Assembly (NCBI GenBank): GCA_043814965.1
Contig: JBDRJN010000003.1
Span: 68,564-132,563, forward strand
Length of the DNA stretch: 64,000 bases
From: Candidatus Omnitrophota bacterium
Lineage (GTDB): Bacteria > Omnitrophota > Gorgyraeia > Gorgyraeales > Gorgyraeaceae
Direction: 5' to 3'
Numbering within the stretch: position 1 is the stretch's first letter; every line of letters starts with the position of its first letter. The translations under genes were made by a program, and so were the position numbers. The notes under the pieces were generated by a model that saw only the letters and a list, made by a program, of their open reading frames with translations, did no database searches and had not been told where the DNA came from. Shown here piece by piece: positions 9,067-17,925 of the stretch.

Positions 9067-9519
9067 TTACCCCCTTTCACTTTCTTCTATTGGAAGTTTT
9101 CTTAAAAAATAAAGCGCTATCAATACTATTATCGTGCATATAATGCCAGCTGAATAAAAACCGCAGCCCACTGCTAACCCTATACCAGAGATAGTCCAGA
9201 GGCTAGCTGCTGTTGTAAGCCCTGTCACAGACGATGATGAACGTATAATAGTCCCTGCCCCTAAAAAACCGATGCCCGTTATTACGCTTGCGGCTATCCT
9301 GGAGGGATCAACAGTCGCCAGGCCCTTATAACTCTCGAACATATGAATAGATGTAAGCATTATAAGAGCTGAGCCGACACAGACAAGTATATGCGTCCTG
9401 AAACCAGCTATTTTTCTATTGTGTTTTTCCCTCTCAAACCCGACAAAACCACCCAATACAGCAGCTATAATCAGTCTGATCAATACCTGTAACGTATTAG
9501 TATCCATATCTCCTTTCAA
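9067..9519 (-). CDS. mgtC: MgtC/SapB family membrane protein
   Basis: LIRLIIAAVLGGFVGFEREKHNRKIAGFRTHILVCVGSALIM matches the MgtC N-terminal domain. Confidence 0.75.
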   Translation of the reverse strand: MKGDMDTNTLQVLIRLIIAAVLGGFVGFEREKHNRKIAGFRTHILVCVGSALIMLTSIHMFESYKGLATVDPSRIAASVITGIGFLGAGTIIRSSSSVTGLTTAASLWTISGIGLAVGCGFYSAGIICTIIVLIALYFLRKLPIEESERG

Positions 9520-10511
9520 ATATTGGCGGTTATATCCAGGGGGCTTCTCTTGCCTTTCCTGTATAGATGATACGCTAGTCCTGCTATCATAGCTCCATTA
9601 TCAGAACATAGCTTAAGTGGAGGAAAGTATGCCTTAAAGCCTTTTCGAAAAAACTCCTGTTTTATTAATTCCCTAAAACGGCTGTTAGCGCTTACCCCGC
9701 CTCCAATAACGAATTTCTTGATCTTATATTCCTCCAGCGCCTTTATGGAGTTCTTCACGATCACCTGTAAAACAGATTCCTGAAAACTTGCTGCAATATC
9801 CTCTATTCTTACCTTTTTCCCCGGAACCCGTATCCCGGAACCCGTATCCCGAACATAATAAAGCACGGCTGTCTTGATCCCGCTGAAACTAAAATTAAAA
9901 GTATCCTTTACAGCTCTACATGTAAACTTTATTGCTTTGGGGTTCCCTTTTTTTGCGAGCCTGTCTATTATGGGCCCTCCCGGGTATTCAAGCCCTAATA
10001 TCTTTGCAACTTTATCGTATGCCTCTCCTACCGCGTCATCCAGGGTGTCGCCAATAATCTCATGTTCATCATGATCTCTAAAAAGGCTCAATCTTGTATG
10101 ACCTCCCGATATTGTAAGTCCTATAAAAGGAAATCCTGCATCTTCCTCCATCATTGCCGAATATATATGCCCGGCTAAATGATCAACTCCCAATAGAGGT
10201 ATGCCCCTACTATAAGATAACGCCTTTGCAAAAGATATGCCGCAGAGTAAAGCGCCTACCAGTCCAGGCCCCTGCGTCACTGCCACCAGATCCACATCTT
10301 TTATATCTATATGAGCGTCTTTCAAAGAGCGGTCTACAACTTTGTCTATGTTTTCAACATGGTGCCTTGTCGCTATCTCAGGAATAACCCCGCCAAATTT
10401 CTTATGATACCTGAGGCTGGATGAGACCACGCTGGACAAGACCTGCCGGCCGTCTTTTACTATACTAGCTGCTGTCTCATCACAAGATGTCTCTATGCCA
10501 AGTATTAACAT
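9516..10511 (-). CDS. tsaD: tRNA N6-adenosine threonylcarbamoyltransferase TsaD (Kae1/YgjD)
   Basis: MLILGIETSCDETAASIV start; ASKMT fold; HxxxH metal site (HHVENI...DHLAGH). Confidence 0.9.
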   Translation of the reverse strand: MLILGIETSCDETAASIVKDGRQVLSSVVSSSLRYHKKFGGVIPEIATRHHVENIDKVVDRSLKDAHIDIKDVDLVAVTQGPGLVGALLCGISFAKALSYSRGIPLLGVDHLAGHIYSAMMEEDAGFPFIGLTISGGHTRLSLFRDHDEHEIIGDTLDDAVGEAYDKVAKILGLEYPGGPIIDRLAKKGNPKAIKFTCRAVKDTFNFSFSGIKTAVLYYVRDTGSGIRVPGKKVRIEDIAASFQESVLQVIVKNSIKALEEYKIKKFVIGGGVSANSRFRELIKQEFFRKGFKAYFPPLKLCSDNGAMIAGLAYHLYRKGKRSPLDITANI

Positions 10512-10601
10512 TTTTATCCGAGTGACCCTCTTTAAAAATTAAATATTAAAATGTAAAATCATAAAGCCTGTTTTTGAAAAGGCTATTTTGTCGTTCACGC
10601 T
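10512..10601. repeat. AT-rich intergenic element (left-arm motif aaaaattaaatattaaaatgtaaaat), member of the AT-rich inverted-repeat family
   Basis: Motif at 10533-10560 recurs at 13390-13440, 25381-25435 and 28221-28275. Confidence 0.4.
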
Positions 10602-11873
10602 TTATTTATTGCTATATATCAATATGCCTTTTAACACATCCGCTGCTCTTGTGATCTGGTTATCGTATTCTTTTTTCTTGGCTTCTTTATCTTTATCATC
10701 TTTTTCTTCTTCTTTTACCTCTTTTTTATCATCCGCAAGTTTATCGAATATATCGTCTTTTTGCTCGTCCTCGTCTTTTTGTTTTATTGGTTCCTCATAT
10801 TCTATTACTATATCCGGCATAATGCCTTCTCCATGTATAGATTTACCGCTTGGCGTAAAATACTTACTCGTCGTTAGCCTTACAGCTGACCCGTCGGATA
10901 AAGGTACCACTGTTTGCACAGACCCTTTTCCAAAGCTCTTTGTCCCGATTATAATACCTCTCTTATGATCCTGTATCGCGCCCGCGACTATCTCTGACGC
11001 AGAAGCACTGCCTCCATTCACAAGGACTACCATTGGGTACAAAAGATGCTTGCTTTTATTATTTGATTTGTATATATAGTTCTGGTTCACTATCCTACCC
11101 TTGGTCGATACTATGATATTGTCTTTCTCTATAAACTTCTCAACGGTTTCTATGGCTGAATCCAAAAGCCCTCCTGGATTATTCCTCAGGTCCAATATAA
11201 GGCCTTTTAAACCTTCTTTTTCTAGCTGCAAGAGGCTTTTTTCAAGGTCTCTTTGCGTCTTCTCCTGGAATTCCACAAGCCTTATATATCCTATACCAGG
11301 CTCTATGAATTCTGCTTTTTTGATGCTCTCGAGCTTTATAATAGACCTTGTGATCGTAAAATCCAGAAGCTTTTTCTCTGATTCTCTTAATACAGTTATC
11401 TTGACATCTGTACCAGGTTTCCCGCGTAATTTTTTAACAGCCTCCATAAGCGTGATCTCTCTGGTAAGTTCGCCGTTGATCTTTACTATTTTATCTCCTG
11501 CTTTAAGCCCTACATTATATGCTGGGGTATCATCTATGGGAGTTATGATAGTAAGGAGGTCGTCCTTGAGGGTGATCTCTATCCCTATACCGCCAAATTC
11601 CCCCTCTGTCTCTATCTTCATCTCATTATACATATCAGGGTCCATAAATTGACTGTATGGGTCTAAAGACGAGAGCATGCCTTTCAAGGCTCCGTAAATA
11701 AGGTCCTTGGCTTTTGGCTCTTCTACATAATTTAACCGTATAAGGCTCAACGCATCCGAAAATAGCTCTATTTCCTTATAAAGAGCGTCTTTTTCAGCAA
11801 AACCGCAGTTAAATACCAGGGACCCCGCTAAAAAAACAAAAACTACAACTGCTATGATCTTTCGCTTACCCAT
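10602..11873 (-). CDS. ctp: carboxyl-terminal processing protease (S41) with PDZ domain
   Basis: Signal/TM N-terminus; PDZ (GLKAGDKIVKINGE); S41 catalytic region (NGGSASASEIVAGAIQDHKRGIIIGTKSFGKGSVQ). Confidence 0.9.
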   Translation of the reverse strand: MGKRKIIAVVVFVFLAGSLVFNCGFAEKDALYKEIELFSDALSLIRLNYVEEPKAKDLIYGALKGMLSSLDPYSQFMDPDMYNEMKIETEGEFGGIGIEITLKDDLLTIITPIDDTPAYNVGLKAGDKIVKINGELTREITLMEAVKKLRGKPGTDVKITVLRESEKKLLDFTITRSIIKLESIKKAEFIEPGIGYIRLVEFQEKTQRDLEKSLLQLEKEGLKGLILDLRNNPGGLLDSAIETVEKFIEKDNIIVSTKGRIVNQNYIYKSNNKSKHLLYPMVVLVNGGSASASEIVAGAIQDHKRGIIIGTKSFGKGSVQTVVPLSDGSAVRLTTSKYFTPSGKSIHGEGIMPDIVIEYEEPIKQKDEDEQKDDIFDKLADDKKEVKEEEKDDKDKEAKKKEYDNQITRAADVLKGILIYSNK

Positions 11874-11951
11874 ACATCTCCTCTCATCTCTTTAAAAAGT
11901 GTAATATTTTCCAGCCCCGAGTTTTATTCACACCTAATATCTCTAATGCGC

Positions 11952-13379
11952 CTACCCAGCGCATTTTTTTCTCAGGATATCGTTTACCATCTTCGGATTG
12001 GCTCGTCCCTTTGTCCTGGCCATGACCTTTCCTACTAAAAACATTATCGCATTATCTTTACCGTTCTTAAAATCATTTACGGACTTCGGATTTTCTAAAA
12101 TGACCTTATCTATTTCGGATTCTACCTGAGAAGTATCCTCGATCTGTTCTAGATTTTTTTCTTTTACCAATACCTTAGCGTCCTTGCCTGTCTTGATCAT
12201 GTCTATAAAAAGGCTCTTTCCTATCTTACCCGTTATCTTACCGCTGGCTATCATATCAATCATACCTGTTAGTTGTCCTGCTTTCAAGGGCAAAGTGTGC
12301 ATAGTGATACTATTTTCCTTCATGTATGCCAGGATATCCCCCATGAGCCAATTTGCGATCTCTTTTGGTTTATCTAAAAGCTTTACGCATTCCTCAAAAT
12401 AATCAGCGAATTTTTTTTCGCTTACCATTATACCGGCATCGTATTCTGATAACTTATAGTTATCTATAAATCTCTTTTTTCTAGGCTCTGGGAGCTCAGG
12501 GATGCTATCGTTTATTTCCTTCAAAAGCTCTTTATCGAAATCGAACGGTACAAGGTCAGGCTCAGGAAAATACCTATAGTCATGGGCTTCTTCTTTAGAC
12601 CTCATGCTATAGGTAATGCCCTTATCAGCATTATAAAGCCTTGTCTCCTGCACTACTCTTCCTCCTCTTTCCAATACATCGATCTGCCTGCCCATTTCGT
12701 ATTCCAAGGCATCCCTTACAGCTTTGAAAGAGTTCATGTTCTTTATCTCCGCTTTTGTGCCAAATTCTTTAGAGCCTATCTTCATTACTGATATATTGGC
12801 ATCACATCTCAAGCTCCCCTCTTCCATGTTGCAGTCAGATATCTCGATATATTCCAATATTGCCTTTAGGTTGGTCAGATAGCTATATGCCTCTTCAGGT
12901 GAGCGCATATCAGGTTCGCTTACGATCTCCAGAAGCGGCGTACCTGAACGGTTAAAATCTACAAGACTGTGCTCTTCCTCATGAAAAAGCTTACCAGTGT
13001 CTTCTTCCAGGTGAGCCCTGGTAATAGAGATCTTTTTTTCTCGGCCATCGACTTGTATATTCAAGGATCCTTTGTATGAGAGCGGCTGAGAATATTGCGA
13101 TATCTGATAGGCCTTTGGTATATCCGGATAAAAATAATTTTTTCTATCAAACCTTATTATGTTCGCGATCTGGCAATTGAGGGACAGCGCTGCTTTTGCA
13201 GCCAGCTTTAAAGCTTCTCTATTCAATACAGGAAGGCTCCCGGGAAAACCAAGGCATACGGGGCAAGTCTGTGTATTCGGGGAAGCCCCAAAATCAGTGG
13301 AGCACCCGCAAAAGACCTTGCTCTTTGTTTTTAGCTGTACATGCACTTCTAATCCGATCACTGTCTCATATTTCATCAA
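11952..13379 (-). CDS. gatB: Asp-tRNA(Asn)/Glu-tRNA(Gln) amidotransferase subunit B
   Basis: YETVIGLEVHVQL, CGCSTDFG...CPVCLGFPG zinc motif, C-terminal GatB/YqeY tail. Confidence 0.95.
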   Translation of the reverse strand: MMKYETVIGLEVHVQLKTKSKVFCGCSTDFGASPNTQTCPVCLGFPGSLPVLNREALKLAAKAALSLNCQIANIIRFDRKNYFYPDIPKAYQISQYSQPLSYKGSLNIQVDGREKKISITRAHLEEDTGKLFHEEEHSLVDFNRSGTPLLEIVSEPDMRSPEEAYSYLTNLKAILEYIEISDCNMEEGSLRCDANISVMKIGSKEFGTKAEIKNMNSFKAVRDALEYEMGRQIDVLERGGRVVQETRLYNADKGITYSMRSKEEAHDYRYFPEPDLVPFDFDKELLKEINDSIPELPEPRKKRFIDNYKLSEYDAGIMVSEKKFADYFEECVKLLDKPKEIANWLMGDILAYMKENSITMHTLPLKAGQLTGMIDMIASGKITGKIGKSLFIDMIKTGKDAKVLVKEKNLEQIEDTSQVESEIDKVILENPKSVNDFKNGKDNAIMFLVGKVMARTKGRANPKMVNDILRKKCAG

Positions 13380-13523
13380 TAACCCTCTTAAAAAAATAAA
13401 ATATTAAAAATTAAATATCAAAATTACAGACTAAAATCTAAATATTTTTATTAGTATGCTTTTTATTTTTAAACTTTGATATGTCATTTTTATTTTTACA
13501 CTTTAATTTTTAATATTACAACA
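13380..13523. repeat. AT-rich inverted-repeat intergenic element separating gatA from gatB
   Basis: Left arm 13390-13440 (attaaaaattaaatatcaaaattacagac), right arm 13465-13520 (tttgatatgtcatttttatttttacac); the arms are roughly reverse-complementary and are shared with the elements at 25336-25512 and 28204-28406. Confidence 0.5.
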
Positions 13524-14981
13524 CTATATGCTGTCCAATGCTGGCTTCCTCTTATGCCATTCTGTATTTTGCTCGTAATTATAAGCAACCTTAAGTATTG
13601 TCTCTTCATCAAAAGGCCTTCCCAATACCTGCAGTCCTATTGGTAGGCCATACTTTGTAAACCCGCAAGGCACAGAAATGCCGGGTATCCCTGAAAGATT
13701 TGCGGAGATCGTAAATATATCCGAAAGATACATGGTGAGCGGGTCCGATATCTTTTCACCTATCTTAAAAGCTGGTGTAGGAGATGTAGGTGTCACAATG
13801 CAATCGTATTTTTTAAAGGCATTTTTAAAATCTTCCGCTATCAATGTCCTTACCTTTAGCGCCCGTAGATAATATGCATCATAATAACCGCTTGAAAGCG
13901 CGAATGTCCCAAGCATGATCCTGCGTTTTGCCTCGTCTCCAAATCCAAGCCCCCTGGTCTTTTTATATATATCCATAAGAGAAGCTGCATTACTGGCCCT
14001 GAAACCATACTGTACTCCATCAAACCTTGCCAGGTTAGAGCTCGCTTCAGCTGTAGCTACCAGATAATACACGCTTACAGCATACTCAGTGTTAGGCAAG
14101 CTCATGTCTTCACATATAGCGCCTAGTCCTTCAAGTTTTTTTATTGCCTTCCTAAGGGCATCCTTCACTTCCCCATCCATTCCATCTATAAAGTACTCCT
14201 TTGGTATACCTATCTTTAATCCTTTTATACCCTTTTTTATAGATACCTGAAAGTCAGGGACTTCTTTATCAGCAGAAGTAGAATCCATTACATCATGTCC
14301 TGAGATGACATTCAAAAGAAGCGCCGCGTCTTCCACGTCTTTCGTAAGTGTCCCTATCTGGTCAAGGCTTGAGGCAAATGCTATAAGGCCGTATCTTGAC
14401 ACTCTTCCATATGTAGGCTTCATCCCCACCACTCCGCATAAAGACGCTGGCTGCCTTACAGAGCCTCCTGTATCAGAACCTAATGCAAATATTGCTTCGT
14501 CCGCGGCAACTGCGCTAGCTGAACCTCCGCTGGAACCTCCAGGTATCCTCTCCAGGTCCCACGGATTTTTTGTAGGGCCGTAGCAAGAACTTTCCGTGGA
14601 AGAACCAAAGGCAAATTCATCCATATTGGTCTTACCCATCAATACAGCCTTTTTTTCGAGAAGTTTTTCTACTACTGTCGCATTGTACGGAGGCTTAAAC
14701 CCCTCCAGCATCTTTGACGAGCACGTAGTAAGCTCATCCTTTACACAAATATTATCTTTTATAAATACAGGGATCCCCCACAAAAGTCCGCTGTTATCTT
14801 CTATCTTTAACTTGCTGCACCTTGAAAGCGCATTTTCTTCATTGAAATGCGCTAAGGCATTTATATGTTTTTCATTTTGCTTTATGGACGAGATAAGGCT
14901 ATTTACTATATCTAAAGGGGATATGTCTTTCTTCTTTATGAGCTCTATAAGGTTGTGGGCTGTGAGAGTATTTAGTTTCAT
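13524..14981 (-). CDS. gatA: Glu-tRNA(Gln)/Asp-tRNA(Asn) amidotransferase subunit A (amidase signature family)
   Basis: Amidase signature [15 protein letters not shown]...[25 protein letters not shown]. Confidence 0.95.
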   Translation of the reverse strand: MKLNTLTAHNLIELIKKKDISPLDIVNSLISSIKQNEKHINALAHFNEENALSRCSKLKIEDNSGLLWGIPVFIKDNICVKDELTTCSSKMLEGFKPPYNATVVEKLLEKKAVLMGKTNMDEFAFGSSTESSCYGPTKNPWDLERIPGGSSGGSASAVAADEAIFALGSDTGGSVRQPASLCGVVGMKPTYGRVSRYGLIAFASSLDQIGTLTKDVEDAALLLNVISGHDVMDSTSADKEVPDFQVSIKKGIKGLKIGIPKEYFIDGMDGEVKDALRKAIKKLEGLGAICEDMSLPNTEYAVSVYYLVATAEASSNLARFDGVQYGFRASNAASLMDIYKKTRGLGFGDEAKRRIMLGTFALSSGYYDAYYLRALKVRTLIAEDFKNAFKKYDCIVTPTSPTPAFKIGEKISDPLTMYLSDIFTISANLSGIPGISVPCGFTKYGLPIGLQVLGRPFDEETILKVAYNYEQNTEWHKRKPALDSI

Positions 14982-15271
14982 TGCGCGTCTATTATCTTAT
15001 TTACTTTAAAAAGGCCCTTTTCCTCGGAGGAAGCATTCTTCATGACCTCTTTTATATCCAAAGATTTTTTTACAACATCATCCCTATAGATGTTTTTCAT
15101 CTTCAACGCATGGCTGGTAGGTTCCAGATTGGAAATATCCACTTTTTTAAGTTGATGGATGTACTCTAATATGCGGTCCAACTGGATAGTAAAGCCCTCT
15201 ATCTCTTTTTCGTTGAGCCCTACTCTTGAAAGATCTGATATGTATTTTACCGTGTCTTTATTTATAGCCAT
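14978..15271 (-). CDS. gatC: amidotransferase subunit C
   Basis: 97 aa, [36 protein letters not shown]; 4 bp overlap with gatA. Confidence 0.85.
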   Translation of the reverse strand: MAINKDTVKYISDLSRVGLNEKEIEGFTIQLDRILEYIHQLKKVDISNLEPTSHALKMKNIYRDDVVKKSLDIKEVMKNASSEEKGLFKVNKIIDAQ

Positions 15272-15301
15272 AAAATAAAACTCCTGTTAAAAATAAAACA
15301 G

Positions 15302-16147
15302 CTACATTATACTCTTTTCCATAGAATTTACTATAGCTGTATATTCTTCTAGCGATATCGTCTCCGGCCTTCTTGTTTCCTGTATCCCAGCCAGCTTCAA
15401 CAACTCGAACACTTCTTTCTTTGTACCAAAATCATCGGATGAACACAAGGAGTTTAGAATGGTCTTTCTCCTTTTTTCAAAGCATGTCTTTATTATTTTA
15501 AACAGTTTTTCTTCATCCGTCAAGTAAAGAGGCTCGATCCTCATTTTAAATTCCATAAAAGACGAATCCACTTTAGGCGTAGGATAAAAAGAACCTTTCT
15601 TTATATTAAAGACTATCTTTGCGTCGCTATAAAACCGTACAAAGCAGCTTATGGAACCATAGTCTTTTCCGCCAGGCCCGGCAACAAGCCTCTCAGCGAC
15701 TTCCCTCTGTACAGTGACAAACATCGACTCTACCAGCCTGTGGCCATCTAAAAACCTGGTGATCAAAGGACTTGTTATGTAATACGGAAGATTGCCTACA
15801 ACTATTATTTTCTTACCAATATCATCAAGGCTGTATTTTAATATATCACCATTGATAAGGTCTATGTTCTTCTCCTTAAAACTATCTTTGAGGAACTTAT
15901 ATAGCAGCTTGTCTTTTTCAACTGCGATAACCCTTTTTGCGATACCACATAATGCCCCTGTAATAGCGCCCAATCCAGGGCCGATCTCCAGGATAGTATC
16001 AGGCCTTGACCGGCTAATATAGCTGATCATCTTTTCTTGTATGTTCCTATCTATCAGAAAATTCTGTCCCAGCCTCTTATTTGGATAGGCCCCGAGCTTT
16101 TCCAGGGCATTCTTTGTCTCTTTTATACTTAACATATCATAGATCAT
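15302..16147 (-). CDS. rsmA: 16S rRNA (adenine1518/1519-N6)-dimethyltransferase
   Basis: LGQNFLID motif; SAM-binding ILEIGPGLGAITGAL; NLPYYITSP. Confidence 0.9.
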   Translation of the reverse strand: MIYDMLSIKETKNALEKLGAYPNKRLGQNFLIDRNIQEKMISYISRSRPDTILEIGPGLGAITGALCGIAKRVIAVEKDKLLYKFLKDSFKEKNIDLINGDILKYSLDDIGKKIIVVGNLPYYITSPLITRFLDGHRLVESMFVTVQREVAERLVAGPGGKDYGSISCFVRFYSDAKIVFNIKKGSFYPTPKVDSSFMEFKMRIEPLYLTDEEKLFKIIKTCFEKRRKTILNSLCSSDDFGTKKEVFELLKLAGIQETRRPETISLEEYTAIVNSMEKSIM

Positions 16148-16974
16148 TTACTCAAGAAAGAAGCAAGCCTTATTGCTTCTTTCATCGAGCCGGGATCAGC
16201 CATCCCTTTTCCAGCTATATCATAGGCTGTCCCATGATCAGGGGAAGTCCTGACAAAAGGAAGCCCCAGGGTCACATTGACGCCTCTTTCAAACGCCAGC
16301 ATCTTAAAAGGCGCCAGGGCCTGGTCATGATACATAGATATAACTGCGTCTAGTTTTTTTCTATAGGCCATATTAAAGATAATGTCTCCAGGGATAGGGC
16401 CTGCGATAAGCGGGATCTTTTTTCTTAGGCTTTTTATTACAGGGGATATAACAGTCCTTTCTTCATCACCTATCACACCACCTTCTCCGCAATGCGGGTT
16501 CAGGCCAGAGACCCCGATCCTGGGTTTCCGTATCTTGAATCTTTCTTTTAGGACACTATTCGTCAATAATATAGCCTCTTTAAGATCGTCTTTTTTTATA
16601 GAAGACGGGACCTGCTTTAGAGGGACGTGTCTCGTCACAAGAGTAACTTTTAACTCCTTAGAATAGAACATCATCGCGTATTTTCTTGTTTTGGTCAGCG
16701 CTGCGATGTATTCTGTATGGCCTGTAAAAGGAATTCCAGCTTTATTGACCTTTGTTTTATTAAGAGGGGCTGTTACCAGGGCATCTGCTTTTTTTTGTTT
16801 AAGGATAGCTACGGCTTTCCTAACAGCATCTAAGCCTATACCGTCTTCCGGGGTAATCACTATAAAATCAGCTATGGATCTTACTTTCGGATCCCTTAGG
16901 GCTTTTTTTGTTATCTCTTCACCAATGCCTTGAGGGTCTCCTGTTGTGATGACAATAACCGGTTTTTTTGTCAT
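16144..16974 (-). CDS. pdxA: 4-hydroxythreonine-4-phosphate dehydrogenase
   Basis: VIVITTGDPQGIGEEI...GHTEY...LNPHCGEGG. The ATG at 16974 forms an ATGA overlap with the surA stop. Confidence 0.85.
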   Translation of the reverse strand: MTKKPVIVITTGDPQGIGEEITKKALRDPKVRSIADFIVITPEDGIGLDAVRKAVAILKQKKADALVTAPLNKTKVNKAGIPFTGHTEYIAALTKTRKYAMMFYSKELKVTLVTRHVPLKQVPSSIKKDDLKEAILLTNSVLKERFKIRKPRIGVSGLNPHCGEGGVIGDEERTVISPVIKSLRKKIPLIAGPIPGDIIFNMAYRKKLDAVISMYHDQALAPFKMLAFERGVNVTLGLPFVRTSPDHGTAYDIAGKGMADPGSMKEAIRLASFLSK

Positions 16975-17924
16975 TTTATAGAGATATAGGCTTGTGAGCG
17001 TAAACCAGAAAGCCATCTATCTACTTTTTCTTTTAATTTTTGCTGGTAAAGCATCATCTTGATATCTTCCTGCGCCTCTTCCAGGGACATATAACCGCTG
17101 TGTTGTATATCGTCTACTTTTACTATATGGTAACCTACGCTGGTCTTTATGGGATTGGAAAATTCTCCATTCTTAAGAGAAAAGATCTCTCTATCAAGCT
17201 CTTCTATCATCTCACCCTTGGAGGCATAGCCCATATCCCCGCCGTCTTCCTTGTTTGGCCCTTCGGAATGTATCCTTGCTAGTGTTTTAAAATCTTGCCC
17301 GGCTACAAGTTTATTGTACACATCCTGTATCTCAACTTTTGCAAGCTCAAAGTCAACCTCGCTTTGCGCCTTTATCAGGATATGGCTGACCCTGTATTTT
17401 TCCTGGCGCTTAAATTGCTCTCTATTTTTCTCATAATACTCGCTTATCTCTGAAGGCAGGATATCGGTCTTTGATTTTATCTCGTAATTGACGACCTTTT
17501 TCATCATTATCTGGTCTCTATATCTGATCTTCAGGTCTCCCACGGTAATACCCTGGGCCTCCAGCGTGTTATTAAAAAAACTATCCGTAGGAAACCCATT
17601 CCTTATCTCCTGCAATCTTTCTTCTACTTCCTTATCAGCCACTTGTATCCCAAGTTCTTTTGCCCTGGAGAGTATAAGTTTGTCCTCTATCATCTGATTC
17701 AAAAGATCCCTCTTGACCTCTTCCATCTTTTTCAATAGCTCATCGCCCTTATAAGCCTGCACATACTGAGCGTACAAAACCCCCAACAACTGGTCCATGT
17801 CCTGTTGCGTGATGACCTCGTCATTTACTATGGCGACTATCTTATTGAATACCTGCGCAGGCAGGTCTATTGCAATGCCAAGGATAATAGCAGCTGCTAA
17901 GAATAATAAAATATTTTTTCTCAT
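16971..17924 (-). CDS. surA: SurA-like periplasmic chaperone / parvulin-type peptidyl-prolyl isomerase
   Basis: Signal peptide; SurA N-domain; PpiC domain (SHILIKAQ...GGDMGYASKGEMIEELD...GYHIVKV); the surA-pdxA-ksgA gene order is conserved. Confidence 0.8.
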   Translation of the reverse strand: MRKNILLFLAAAIILGIAIDLPAQVFNKIVAIVNDEVITQQDMDQLLGVLYAQYVQAYKGDELLKKMEEVKRDLLNQMIEDKLILSRAKELGIQVADKEVEERLQEIRNGFPTDSFFNNTLEAQGITVGDLKIRYRDQIMMKKVVNYEIKSKTDILPSEISEYYEKNREQFKRQEKYRVSHILIKAQSEVDFELAKVEIQDVYNKLVAGQDFKTLARIHSEGPNKEDGGDMGYASKGEMIEELDREIFSLKNGEFSNPIKTSVGYHIVKVDDIQHSGYMSLEEAQEDIKMMLYQQKLKEKVDRWLSGLRSQAYISIK

Positions 17925-17925
17925 A

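Noticed and set aside
11101-11652. 183 aa plus-strand ORF
   Set aside because: Antisense to the ctp (S41 protease) gene. No domain signature.
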